NCBI GenBank assembly: GCA_964016885.1
Contig: OZ024743.1
Span: 252,526,001-252,590,000, forward strand
From: Eledone cirrhosa
Taxonomy: Eukaryota
DNA length: 64,000 nucleotides
Reading direction: 5' to 3'
Part shown: positions 24,868 through 36,861 of the stretch, piece after piece
How positions within the stretch are numbered: the first letter of the stretch is position 1
Layout: every line of letters begins with the position of its first letter
Notes under the pieces: model-generated
Database searches by the model: none
Told to the model about the DNA's origin: nothing
The model's input: only the letters and a program-made list of their open reading frames with translations
Program-made: the position numbers and the translations under genes

Positions 24868-25082
24868 CGTAGGCCAAATGGTTTAGAAGTTCACTTTGCA
24901 ATCATGAGATCCAGAGTTCTAATCAACTCTGTGGCATCGCCTGTAAGTGTTTTCAGTGAAATTACTTAAAAAGAAAATGTGTGGAAGCCTGCTGGATGAA
25001 CTGTAAATATAATCCAAATGTCCAGCCTTGTCACATAATATGTCATACTGATTCTGTTGAGGAATTACATTAAGGGTACACC
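24868..25082 (+). mobile_element. Decayed SINE-like fragment
   Basis: tRNA-like head GTAGGCCAAATGGTTTAGAAG...GAGTTCTAATC. Body not assigned. Confidence 0.4.
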
Positions 25083-25116
25083 TATCCACGGAATACTCAA
25101 CCACTTACACTATAAT

Positions 25117-25330
25117 GGTTTTAGATTTAGGCACAAGGCCAGCAATTTTAGGGACAGAGAAAGTCAATTAAATCAACCCCAGTTTGTTACTGGTACTTTA
25201 TTTCATCGACCCGTAATGATGGAAGGCAAAGTTAACCTCAGCAGGATTTGAACTCAGAATGTAAAGGGCCATAACTATATGTTACACAGTATGTTGACCG
25301 GCACCCTATCAATTCTGCCAATTCACCACC
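25117..25330 (-). mobile_element. Family-1 SINE
   Basis: GGCACAAGGCCAGCAATTTT...TGGTACTTTATTT...GGATTTGAACTCAGAA. The flanking AACCACTTACACTATAAT is duplicated on both sides (25099-25116 and 25333-25350), a likely 18-bp target-site duplication. Confidence 0.85.
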
Positions 25331-26399
25331 CTAACCACTTACACTATAATACAAGATGGACTGTATCTGTAATTCAAATGTTCGGATTTGCCACATATTG
25401 TGTCAACATTGATTCAGCTCACAATTTACTTCAAGGATACATGTTTTTGTTGAACACTCAATTATTTACACATTACTTCTGGAATCAGACAGTCTGTTGA
25501 CCAAAGAAGTGAATGCTCATCATCGAAACTGATAGCGTATCCTACATTTATATCACTAAATATTTGAGCAGAGGAGGAAATATACTTGTATTTTTATTGT
25601 TTCTGCTGTTGTATTGACCCATATAAGCCCTAGTCAAGCAGACCTTACAATATTGTTATTGTTACTGATGTTGTATAGCTCCAGGCAGTATAGCCCTGTA
25701 TAATCCTTGGGAAAACAGGCCTGATAATCAAATGCTATGTTATTTTCTTGTTATTGTTGTATAGCCTCATGTAAGCTCTGGTCAAGTAAACCCTATGATA
25801 AAATGCATGATAGTGAAGTTTTGTAATATTAATATTTGGCTAGATGCCTAGCATTTTAACTATTTCAGAGCCACTCTGGCACTTGAATCTTTCAGCCAAC
25901 TACATAAAAACAGACAGTATTAACAGGCTCTTAGTTCCTGGAGGGCCAATTAGAATTAAGCCTAGTCTGCTTTAGACCCAACTACATAAAAAAAGAAAAG
26001 AAAATAGTCTAATTTACTGTGATAATGATGACGATGATAATTACAGCAATTAAGTTTATATTACCTCTCCAAGATCTTAAAATTGCATGCTGAGGTAAAG
26101 AATCACAACTTCTTAAGTAGTTGCCAAATTATTAATTAGAATATTTCTTTAACTCAACACTTCTATGTACTGGAGACATACATATAGCTATTCATTTGTT
26201 ATACCAAAATCAAAATATATATATATACGATGTAATATTTCTGTTTTAACCATCAACAGACTATTGTAGCATCAAATTCAGACATTACAGACAATTATTT
26301 GTTAAAATACATGAAAACAAGACTATTATTCTACAGAGTTAACATCAAGCTGAGCAAAAATAATAGCTTAGACATGTTAAGAGACATGGTTAATGTCAT

Positions 26400-26501
26400 A
26401 GATTAAACTATCTCTATCTCACCCACTCTCTCTCTATATATAAATATATTTATACATATATACATATATACATATATAGAGAGCGAGTGAGAAATATATG
26501 A

Positions 26502-26542
<41 letters not shown>

Positions 26543-26545
26543 TAA

Positions 26546-26599
<54 letters not shown>

Positions 26600-26905
26600 A
26601 CATACAAACACACGTTATAGTGCCATTTAGGTTTTTGATAGATTGCATTTTCACTGGAGACTAGGCACGTATATTTTTCATCCATCTTGATTTTAAAATA
26701 TCAGCGCCAGACATAAGATACAATAAAAGTCAGTACGCATTAATTTTTCAACTATTATCTTATTGTATAACACCAACTACAATAATGCAACACACATGAG
26801 CACACAACATACAATATATCTATATATATATATATATATTAATATATTCATATATATACATATATACATATTAATATATACATATATATACATATTCATA
26901 TATAC

Positions 26906-26938
<33 letters not shown>

Positions 26939-26965
26939 CATAGATATATATATACACACACATAT

Positions 26966-27000
<35 letters not shown>

Positions 27001-27147
27001 GATGATGATGATGATTTATATATATATACATATATATATAGTTGGTCATACATATCATCATCATCATCATCATCATCCATCTTCCACGCTAGCATGGGTT
27101 ATATATATATATATATGTATATATATATGTACATATATATATATATA

Positions 27148-27199
<52 letters not shown>

Positions 27200-27245
27200 T
27201 ATATATATATATATATATATGTACATATATATATATATATATATA

Positions 27246-27321
<76 letters not shown>

Positions 27322-27801
27322 TATATATACATACACACATATATATATGTATATATATAAATCATTGATCTCCTGTTTTATGATTTAATCAAATGGTTCA
27401 TTGCTAAAGAAGAGAAAAGACAAGAAAAGAAAAAGGAAAAGAATAGAAAAGCAAAGTAGAATGAAAAGGATATGAAATGAAAGAAAATAAATCAAAACTC
27501 TAAAAGCCACAGATAAATATCAGAACCTCGCTATAATATATCACCCAAACAAAGTGGTGTCTTTGAAAACAATCCTTATTCAATTAGAATTTTCTTTCGA
27601 CTCCAATCCTTGACTGTAAATATAAAAACTTACTAAAACTTTGGCTCAATTTGGTTCCTGAGATATGTTGATTATCATTTTACAGACTTTTAATAAAAAT
27701 ATCTTTTACACACACACACACACATACACACATATATATACATATATATATATATACACACACACATATACAAATATACACACATATATATATATACATA
27801 T

Positions 27802-27863
<62 letters not shown>

Positions 27864-28038
27864 GTGTGTATATATATACATATATGTGTATACATATATA
27901 TATGTGTATATATATATATATATACATATATGTGTATATATATATATATATATGTGTATATATATGTGTATATACATATATATATGTGTATATATATGTG
28001 TATATTCATATATGTGTATATATATATATATGTGTATA

Positions 28039-28092
<54 letters not shown>
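26400..28092. repeat. Cluster of compound (TA)n/(CA)n/(GAT)n microsatellites
   Basis: Direct reading. The IY-rich ORFs in the track are artefacts of these tracts. Confidence 0.95.
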
Positions 28093-28095
<3 letters not shown>

Positions 28096-28410
28096 CAAAT
28101 AGTAAAAACAATGAAATTAAACAAAATACTGGTAATTCATAGTAAAACTCATTATTTTACGATCGTTTCTGTGGGGTAGTTCTCCATATGTTCATTCTAA
28201 ATAGAATGAACACACGGAGAACTAACCCCAGAAACGATCGTAAAATAATGAGTTTTACTATGACTTACTATTTGTATTATTTTGACTCTGCTTCCAATGA
28301 ATTATATCGTTGAAAGTTTGTATTTAAAATTTTTCTTCACGACATCTACATACGGATTACATTGAGTTCTTCATACAGCTTGGACCCTACCATTAATTGG
28401 TGGATTAATC
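28091..28410 (+). repeat. TA-flanked fold-back element containing the 3' half of a hammerhead
   Basis: Arms 28137-28199 / 28202-28263, plus 28091-28105 / 28265-28279. GAAA-C-GATC-G-TA at 28231-28242 and its inverse at 28158-28169. Confidence 0.75.
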
Positions 28411-28455
<45 letters not shown>

Positions 28456-28499
28456 AGAGAGAGAGAGAGAGAAAAGAATGAAACAAAATTTCATACATA

Positions 28500-28539
<40 letters not shown>

Positions 28540-28879
28540 CTTTCTCCGATAATGTATTTATATATATAAACTATATGAAGTATCGATGTGATGGAAGTGT
28601 TGGGATTTTGAAATTGAGAGGGTACCAAATGCAGAAAATAAATGCAATGATAGTTGCTCACTCTGAAATGATAATTGATAAAATTTGGTAAATTGCCCTT
28701 AGAGGTAGAAAAATGGAAAATTTAATCAATTTTTAAAATCTTTATTTATAGGGATAGATTGCCATTACAGTTATTTTCGGCATTTAGGAATCTCTCTTTC
28801 TTTCTCTCTTTTTCACACACACATATATACACGAATTTAAAGCATATGTCAAAAATCTTTTTCGTATATAAAATAACTT

Positions 28880-30933
28880 ACTAAAGGCGACGGATGAGAT
28901 CAGTGGTTGGAGTAAGAGCACAGGCAGGAGGAGAGTGACATGGTGGTGGAACAATAAGGTAGATGAGGCAGTTCAGGCTAAGAGACAGGCATGGAAAGAA
29001 TGGAAGAACGGTGGAAGCAGGGTACATTACATAGAGACCAGGAGGGAATGTAGGCGACAAATATACTTAGCTAGGAGGGAAGCAGAGGATAGAAATTTCA
29101 AGCATGTTTTGCAACGTGAGGACAAGAAACAGGAGGTGTTCAAGATTGCGAGGCAGTGTGTCAGAGAGAATTGTGATGTCATTGGAGAGAAGTGTATCCG
29201 GAATGATAAAGGTGAGCTTGCCTTCACAAGTGCTGAGAATATGCGTGGAAGAGCCATTATGAATGATTACTAAATGAGGAGAATACATGGGAAGAAGAGA
29301 CCCTACCCCAAGTAGACCCTATAGAGGGGTCAGCGTAATAAGTAAGGCAATCAAAGATATGAAAACGGGGAAGGCAACCGGTCCATCAGGTATAGCTGTC
29401 GAGATGCTGCTGAAGGCATCTGAGTCGGTAGGTCTCACCATAACCACACGTATTGTTAACCAGGTAATACTAGGTGTCATACCAAAGGATTGGTGCAGCA
29501 GCATCATTGTCAACTGCTACAAGGGTAAAGGTGATACACTAGATAGAGGAAACTATAGAGGTATAAAGCTGATGGACCAGGTCATGAAAGTAATAGAAAG
29601 AGTTATAGAACAGTTGATTAGGGACCGGGTGAAACTAGATGAGATGCAATTTGGGTTTGTGCCAGGAAAAGGCACCACTGATGCCCTCTTCCTTGTGAGG
29701 CAGTTACAGGAAAAGTACCTAGCTAAAAGTAAGCTGCTATACTTGGAATTCGTCGATCTGGGGAAAGCCTTGACAGAGTTCCTCGTGCTGTAATCTGGTG
29801 GGTTCTTAGAAAACTAGGAGTAGATGAATGGCTTGTAAAAGCTGTACAAGCCAAGTATAGGGGAGCAGTCAGCAAAGTTAGGATTAGCAATGACTATAGC
29901 GAGGAATTTAGCATACAGGTCGGTCTCCACTAGGGCTCTGTTCTTAGCGCTCTCCTGTTCATCATAGTTTTGCAGGCAATAACGGAGGATTTTAAGACCG
30001 GATGCCCATGAGCACTCGCACATATAGCTAAATCTATGGTAGAACTAGAGAAGAAATTCCAAACATGGAAGCAGGGACTCGAAATAAGGGGTGTCTAAGT
30101 CAACCTGACAAAGACTAAGGTCCTTGTAAGTAGATGAGAAAAGAGAACCCAGATCCCCTCAGGGAAATGGCCTTGCTCAGTATGTAGGAAAGATGTAGGT
30201 AGGAACTCCATTCTCTTCCCCAAATGCAAACAATGTGTACACAAGAGATGTAGCAGGATCTCAGGAAGCTTAACTAAGAATGTAGGCTTCACATGTAGCA
30301 GCTGCGCTGGGACAGCAAGCAGCAAACAGCCACAGGAAACAAGTACCACAAAACTCTGGGAGGGCTCTGTAGAAACAGTAGACAGCCTCTGCTAGCTAGG
30401 TGACCGAATTAGCAGCGGAGGTGGGTATTCAGAGAGTACAATAACTAGGGTAAGAACGGGATGGAAGAAGTTCAGGGAGCTACTACCACAGCTAGCGGCA
30501 AAAGGCTTTTCCCTCAAAATGAAGGGTAGACTGTATGATGCGTGTCTATGTACAGCAATGCTACATGGTAGTGACATCTGGGCGCTGTCTTTCTAATACA
30601 GAAGACCCGACTTCCCACTGTACAAGCCAAAGCTGAAGCATATAGACAATATGCCCCACACCCTCCCACTGCAAAGTGGCTGTGGAGGCACCACGCCAAA
30701 AGAGCACCCAGCCGACACTGTAAAGTGGATGTGTAGATGCCATGGCAAAAAAGCACCCAGCACTCACTGTAAATGAGGTTGGTATTAGGAAGGGCATCCA
30801 GCTGTAGAAATCAAGCCAGAATCAGTTTACGTATGAGCAAGACAAGGTCAGCCGACCAGCTAGTGCCCACAACAGGACAACCAGTTTAACCCATGCTAGC
30901 GTGGAAGAACGGACGTAAAAGGATGATGATGAT
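28880..30933 (+). mobile_element. 5'-truncated RTE LINE with a C-terminal internal deletion and long 3' UTR
   Basis: ORFs 28935-29273 (WWWN) and 29287-29793 (GKATGP, QFGF, FVDLGKA) plus finger remnants. Jumps at ~30590 from SDIWAL to IQKTRLP. (GAT)n tail. Confidence 0.92.
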
Positions 30934-31294
30934 AGTTGAGAGACAAAAACTAGAATTATGTACATATATATAGAGCAACAAATGACAAATGTAATCATAT
31001 AAATTAAAAATTCTCAGATCACCATTTCAGGGAAATCCAGAATCCAAAGCTTAAAATCGATTATTTGATTGGTATCAATCACCAATTACTGATTTCTGTA
31101 ATAAAAATCATCAAGACCAATAGAAAATCCTTCATCAGTGAAATTTGGGACTTCAGATTGTACACTACAGTAGAAATCTATCCCAGCAGGGCACCCAAAA
31201 TAAACACACATGTTATCTAAAACATTAGCGTCCTACAGAAGGGCAGATATTTTACGGGACTGTTCATAAAGAGTGCTAAAGGTACATGTATATA

Positions 31295-31570
31295 TCATCA
31301 TCATCATTGTTTAATGTTCATTTTCCATGCTTGCTTGGTTTAGAAGGGTTTTCCCATTTGAAGTAAGTTGAGTCAAATGACCATGTCTTGCTCATATAGA
31401 ACTGTTTCTGGCTAGGTTTCTAGGGCTGGATGCCCTCCCTAATGCTATCCACATTTAGAGTGTGTGTTGGGTGCTTCTTTTTTGCGACTCCTATACAACC
31501 ACTTTACAGTGAGGGCTGGCTGGATTTTGTTGTGACAGTTACATGACCACCTTACAATGTAGGATGGGTG
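31295..31570 (-). mobile_element. Decayed RTE 3'-UTR / family-2 SINE fragment
   Basis: Contains GCTGGATGCCCTCCCTAA, CCACTTTACAGTG hairpin repeats and a (CAT)n end. Confidence 0.7.
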
Positions 31571-31581
31571 CTATATATATA

Positions 31582-31637
<56 letters not shown>

Positions 31638-31964
31638 TATATATATATTACTAGCAGTTTAGCCCGGCGTTGCTCGGGTTTGTTCATTTGCTATGAAAAG
31701 TTAAATACAGGTAAACGTGGTTTGAAAGCGAATAAGCTTATCAATTAAGTGCATAAAGCAGTTGAACCGGTTATTAAAAGTTACGAACCAATTAGCATTT
31801 TGGTCAATCAATGATGGGTTAATAATCTTCCAATAGCGAATTTAGTAGACCAAAGTTGCAAGATGGTGTCCCTGATGCCGCTGGGTGTCAGTTCTGTCCG
31901 CCATGGGATACCCTACCAGGAAATAGTGTTCCTGACGGCATAGCTCCAACACCTGCACCAACAT

Positions 31965-32975
31965 CTATAGCACCTCTTTGTAGACGATATTGCGTGTCAT
32001 CCCTTGAGGAGTGTAAGCAAAAAGTCCATTTCTGCTCCCTGCGCGGGAACAGGCAACATAAAGTTGGCCATGGGAGAAGCATGGCTCCCCCAAATGGATG
32101 CCCGCCACCGACAATGTTTGCCCTTGTGACTTGTTAATGGACATGGCAAAACATGGTCTCACCGGGAATTGGGATCGCCGGAAATCGAACGGGATATCTG
32201 ACGCCGAGGGGAAAAGGTTCATCCTTGGAATGAAAACATTCTCCCCTCTTCCGCACCCCGTTACAATGGTGGCCTCAATCAAGTGGGTGTCAGTGACTTG
32301 ACGACCATGCGAGTACCGTTGCACTGCTTTGGTGGACGCAAGTTCCTTATTAGCATAATGGGACAGCCAACCCTAAACTTAATAATGTGAGGTGTCGATT
32401 GCTATGCCGCCCTTGTCATCCGCAGGGATCTTGCCCTCACCAAGTGCTAAAATGTTCTGTGATGCAGACATGTTGTCACCATGCAAATGTGCACGCATAT
32501 TTTTTTGCTCAGGTACAAACTATTCACCTGGAGCCACATGGACGACTTTAGACAGGCACGCACTTCATCAGCTCTTGTCCATTTGGGGATGACAGGCAGC
32601 GTTTTCCGAAAATCCCCTGATAGCAGAAGGGTTACGCCACCCATAGGAGCCGTAGAATCCCTAATGTCTTTCCGGGCCCCGTCCAATGCCTCAAGGGTAC
32701 CCTTGTGTGCCATTATGCACTCATCCCAAACAATGAGGCAGCATCTTTTGAGAACCAGAGCTTTGTGCGAACTCTTGCTGATATTGCATGTTGGTGTCTC
32801 AGTTTTTACTAAATCCAAAGGTAGTTTAAAGGTTGAATGTGCTGTCCTGCCTCCCGGCAGCAAAGTAGCAGCGATCCCGGACGATGCAACGGACAACGCA
32901 ACTTTTTTCTCCTGACGAATCTTAGCGAGAACCAAATTCGTTACAAAAGTCTTTCCGGTACCCCCAGGAGCGTTT
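31965..32975 (-). pseudogene. Helitron Pif1-family helicase, fragmented
   Basis: APGGTGKT, VASSGIAATLLPGGRTAHSTFKLP, IVWDE, GDFR, QFPVRPCFAMSINKSQGQTL, FSHGQLYVACSR. Confidence 0.93.
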
Positions 32976-33029
32976 TTTATTGGGGGGGGGGGGGGGGGGG
33001 GGTCAGGGTTTTTTTGTTTTTACCTTGAG

Positions 33030-33730
33030 ATATAACCAGTCAGCGGTTCCGGAAGAGGGGGAAAGGTGACCTTACCGTTTAAGCAGCACATTGCAGGCGG
33101 CTCCCCAGCCCACTTTGTAGCATTGCAGAAAATTGGCAATTGAAGCGCATCTCGCCTATATTTATGTCAGAGCGCATCGAGTAATAAACGTTTTGCTCAT
33201 ACTTGAAAGCCCGTAGGTACCAGTAAGGGCTGTTGGGGCTCGTAACACCGAGTGCAGCTTCTCGCCGTCGACTGTTATGCTTGAACGTAGAACATTGGTC
33301 GTGTGGTTGGTGGGAAAGTCTGGCAGCAATAGCAGAAGCAACATTTGCAATGCTAATGGACCGCCCGTCTGCATCTTCAGAAGCCATGGAAGTAGTCATA
33401 GCCGCAGCGTTCGTAGGAAGGCGAGCCGTCCGTTGCTTTAAACGTTCCAAAGACCTGGAAGCAGCATTAGTCGCATCGTTTCTAGCCAGGCGCTTCGACC
33501 TTTGTTCCCGGCTCTCTGAAGCCCTGGAAGAAGCCTGGTATGAAGCCATTTTGACTAGGCGTGCGGTGCGCTGTTGGAACTTTCAGCGGCTCGACATTCT
33601 GCTGAACGTAAGGCTGTCTGTGAAAGTCTTGAAGCATTTTCCTCAGAGGACTCGTTTGCTATAGTAGCCTTTTGCGCCACTGCTGCGGCGGTATGTCGAC
33701 TGAGGCTACTTCTCTTTTTAGGTGGCATTT
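33030..33730 (-). pseudogene. Helitron RepHel N-terminal repeat region and zinc-finger remnant
   Basis: SRASESREQRSKRL-type repeats and IGEM...CQF...CC.NGKV. Lies inside the Helitron termini. Confidence 0.7.
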
Positions 33731-34191
33731 TATGTCCAAAAGAAAGGGTGAAAGTTACTTCTACAGAAAAATTGACTTTGAATGTCTACTGTCTGTTTAT
33801 GAATATTGTTATTTTTGTTGTGATACAAATGTTAGTAAGTAAATGGGTATCGAAAAATAAAGGGTGAAAGTTACTTCAACTTAAAAATTGACTTTGAAAG
33901 TATAAGGCTGATAATTGAATGTAAAAAGATTGATAAGAAAGACCTAAAAAAATAATTTACAGGTATTTGTATGTATGTGTGTATTTTTATGTCGAAAAGA
34001 AAGGGTTAAAGTTACTTCTACAGAAAAATTTAGTTTGAAAGTGTAAGGCCGATGTGTGTGTAAATTAAGTGACAGGTATTTGTATGTATGTGTGTATATA
34101 TATGTATGTGTGTATGAAAGTGTAAGGCCGATGTGTGTGTAAATTAAGTGACAGGTATTTGTATGTATGTGTGTATATGTATGTATGTGTG

Positions 34192-34223
<32 letters not shown>

Positions 34224-34480
34224 TGTATGTATGTATGTATGTATGTATGTATGTATGTATGTATGTATTAAAGGTTGAAAGTTATTTCAACATAAAAATT
34301 GACTTTGAAAGTATATGGCTGATAATTGAATGTAAAAAATATTGATAAGAAAGGCCCCAAAAAAGAATTTACAGGTATTTGTATGTACGTGTGTATTTTA
34401 TGTCGAAAATAAAGGGTTATAGTTACTTATACAGAAAAATACAGTTTGAAAGTGTAAGGCCGATTGAAAAACTTACAGTT
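33720..34480. repeat. Internal subrepeats and (TATG)n in the Helitron 5' region
   Basis: AAAGGGT(G/T)AAAGTTACTT...GA(C/G)TTTGAA recurs about five times. Confidence 0.75.
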
Positions 34481-35049
34481 TAGTAAATGAAAGTCAGCTT
34501 CGAAATGGAGTTTGAACGCGCTAATACAAACACACACACATATATCCGTCTTTTAGTGTGTCTGTTTGTTTCTCACTCCCTCTTTATCATTATATGCTAT
34601 TGTTATTTCTCAAACAAACTATATGCGTTGATTGATTGAAATTCCCGCGTTCCTGTTTCTATGACGTCAATCGTAACCATACCAATATATATGTGTGTGT
34701 ATGCACCCACATATATGTGAGTATATGTTTTTTTTCAATGTTTCTCTTTTTCACAAACACTTATAAGAGAAGGTAGCAATTTTAAGGGGAGGTGATAAAG
34801 GGAGTAGATATAGGAAACGTATATCATATGAGAGAGGAGAAATCAACGATTGTTGAAATAAATCGATTTTTCCGTAATTGTGGCATTTTTTACCCAATAA
34901 ATTCGCCCATGACCCAAGTTAGAATATTTGTAAACATTCTGCTTAATTATTCATTCAATATTTTTGGAATTGTGTAAATGTATAAAATTGAAACATACAT
35001 ACAGACACAAAAATCTGCCTTTTATAGATAATTATAGATAATGATGATG

Positions 35050-35805
35050 CTAAAGGCAGACTGTATGATGATTGTATCCAAACAGCAATGTTACATGGTA
35101 GTGAGACCTGGGCGCTGAAGGAGGAAGACTTATGTAGATTAGAAAGAAACGAAGCCTGCATGCTCCGATGGATGTGTAATAGTAATATATGCGAACGGCA
35201 AAGCATAAATTATTTGAGAGAGAGACTGAGCATAAGAGGAATCAAATGCTGTGTGTAGGATAGGCGGTTGCGTTGGTATGGACATGTGATGCGTATGAAG
35301 GATGACAGCTGCATAAAAAGGTGCAGAGCACTAGAAGTCAATGGAAACTACGGAGTGGGGAGACCCAAGAAGACCTGGGATGAGGTGATAAAAGCCGACC
35401 TTACCCAATTACACCTCTCAAAGGCGATGACACACGACCATGACCTCTGGCGTCACGCAGTAATACACAGTACCCAACCTCCCATTGGTACAAGCTGAAG
35501 CATATAGACAATATGCCCCCACACCCTACCACTGCAAAGTGGTTGTGGCAGTGCAATGGCAAAAAAGCACCCAGCCCACACTGTAAAGTGGACGTGTAGG
35601 CACCACGGAAAAAAGCACCCAGCACTCACTGTAAATGAGGTTGGAGTTAGGAAGGGCATCCAGCTGTAGAAATCAAGCCAAAATCAGTTTACGTATGAGC
35701 AAGGCATGGTCAGCCGACCAGCTAGTGCCCACAACAGGACAAACCCGTCCAACCCATGCTAGCATGGTAGAACGGACTCAAAAGGATGATGATGATGATG
35801 ATGAT
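35050..35805 (+). mobile_element. 5'-truncated RTE LINE 3' end, same 3' UTR as 28880-30933
   Basis: KGRLYD...MLHGSETWAL...RWYGHV...GRPKKTW. 3' UTR nearly identical to 30615-30933. Confidence 0.92.
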
Positions 35806-36204
35806 AGAATGGAAAACGAAAAATCAGTGAAACATCGGAACTCAATTTATTGTGTCTTACAATTGTTTCCCCGGTGAACAGTTGAGGTGCGATCTGTGTG
35901 TGGATCGAACTGACTCTAGTCTCGCAGGTTCCTTGACACGTCTATTGATTTCGGAGCATATCCTCTTTCTGGGGTTTCTGACCCTACAGATCTGTATCGT
36001 CCACGTTCATCCGCTTTGCACATCCTTGGGTTGGTAGGAGCCCGTTGACCATCAGGGCATGAGCTGTGACTCACCCACTATCCTGTCGGCAAAATTACTG
36101 CTGTTTGTCAGCTCACACTCCCACTCGCACACACACACACACACAGATACTGACAGATACATACAGAGTAGCTTGTGTGCTTACGTTCACACAAACATGC
36201 CCAC

Positions 36205-36730
36205 AAATTGCTCGCAGTTGTGGTCACCCTATAGTGTCAAACTAAACACGGAGCTTGAGGCAATCCAGTGTAGCTACACCAAGAGGATTGCCACGATGAA
36301 GGAGACAAGCTACATGTGGAAAATCCTGGAGGGACTAGCACCAAACTTTGGCATTGGGAGCTGGACCAACCGTCGAACAGGACGTCACTGTGTGGTTCCA
36401 AAGGTGCCGTCTTCCACATCTAGAATAAGGAGCAGGTATTGCAATAGCCTGGGATTCAAGGGCCCGCAACTCTTCAACAAGCTGCCGAGGGATCTGAGAG
36501 ATTTGCATGACATGGAGGTGGATGTCTTCAAGAGACATCTCGACACCTTGTTATCCAGGATCCCGGATGAGCCCACAGCAAGGCACGAGGGAAACCTAAG
36601 GGCAGCAGCAACAAAGTCTCTTACACCAGTGGCCAACCTATACAGGATGGAGATAAAATGTGTAGCAACAAGGGCAGTGCCCCAGCATAGCCTCAGCCGG
36701 ATGGCTGAAACAGGTAAAAGAGTAAAAGAA
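36205..36730 (+). mobile_element. 3' fragment of a CR1-group LINE
   Basis: CSQLWSPY...LEAIQCSYTKRI...WKILEGLAPN...GPQLFNKLP...FKRHLD...IPDEP. Tail CCCAGCATAGCCTCAGCC...GGCTGAAACAGGTAAAAGAGTAAAAGA. Confidence 0.75.
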
Positions 36731-36861
36731 TATGTGTACACACACACATAAATAGTCACACAAATATACGCATACATGCACACAGAGAGGCACACACGCG
36801 CATGTGTATATACACACGCATATACACAGACTCACACACATACACACACCCGTATATATCG

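Larger units (their letters stand above)
31651..35038 (-). mobile_element. Internally deleted Helitron with both termini
   Basis: Minus strand: 5' A^TCTATAATTATCTATAAA at 35038; 3' hairpin CCCGAGCAACGCCGGG then CTAG^T at 31651. RepHel fragments lie between. Confidence 0.92.

Noticed and set aside
26062-26105. Possible 25-nt minus-strand micro-exon (cctcag...gtaat)
   Set aside because: Expected by chance in AT-rich DNA and unsupported.
27575-27635. Possible minus-strand terminal exon (tttacag then KDWSRKKILIE*)
   Set aside because: Only a splice-like motif and a tiny peptide, with no recognisable homology or partner exons. It needs RNA-seq evidence.
26400-28180. Many IY/CV-rich ORFs, here and throughout the window
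   Set aside because: They are translations of (TA)n/(CA)n microsatellites.
31085-31145. Minus-strand CTGATGA with a weak stem
   Set aside because: It is followed by GATG rather than GAAA, and stem I does not pair.
33233-33867. Plus-strand ORFs over the Helitron, and antisense ORFs over the RTEs
   Set aside because: Shadow frames of transposon coding sequence on the opposite strand.
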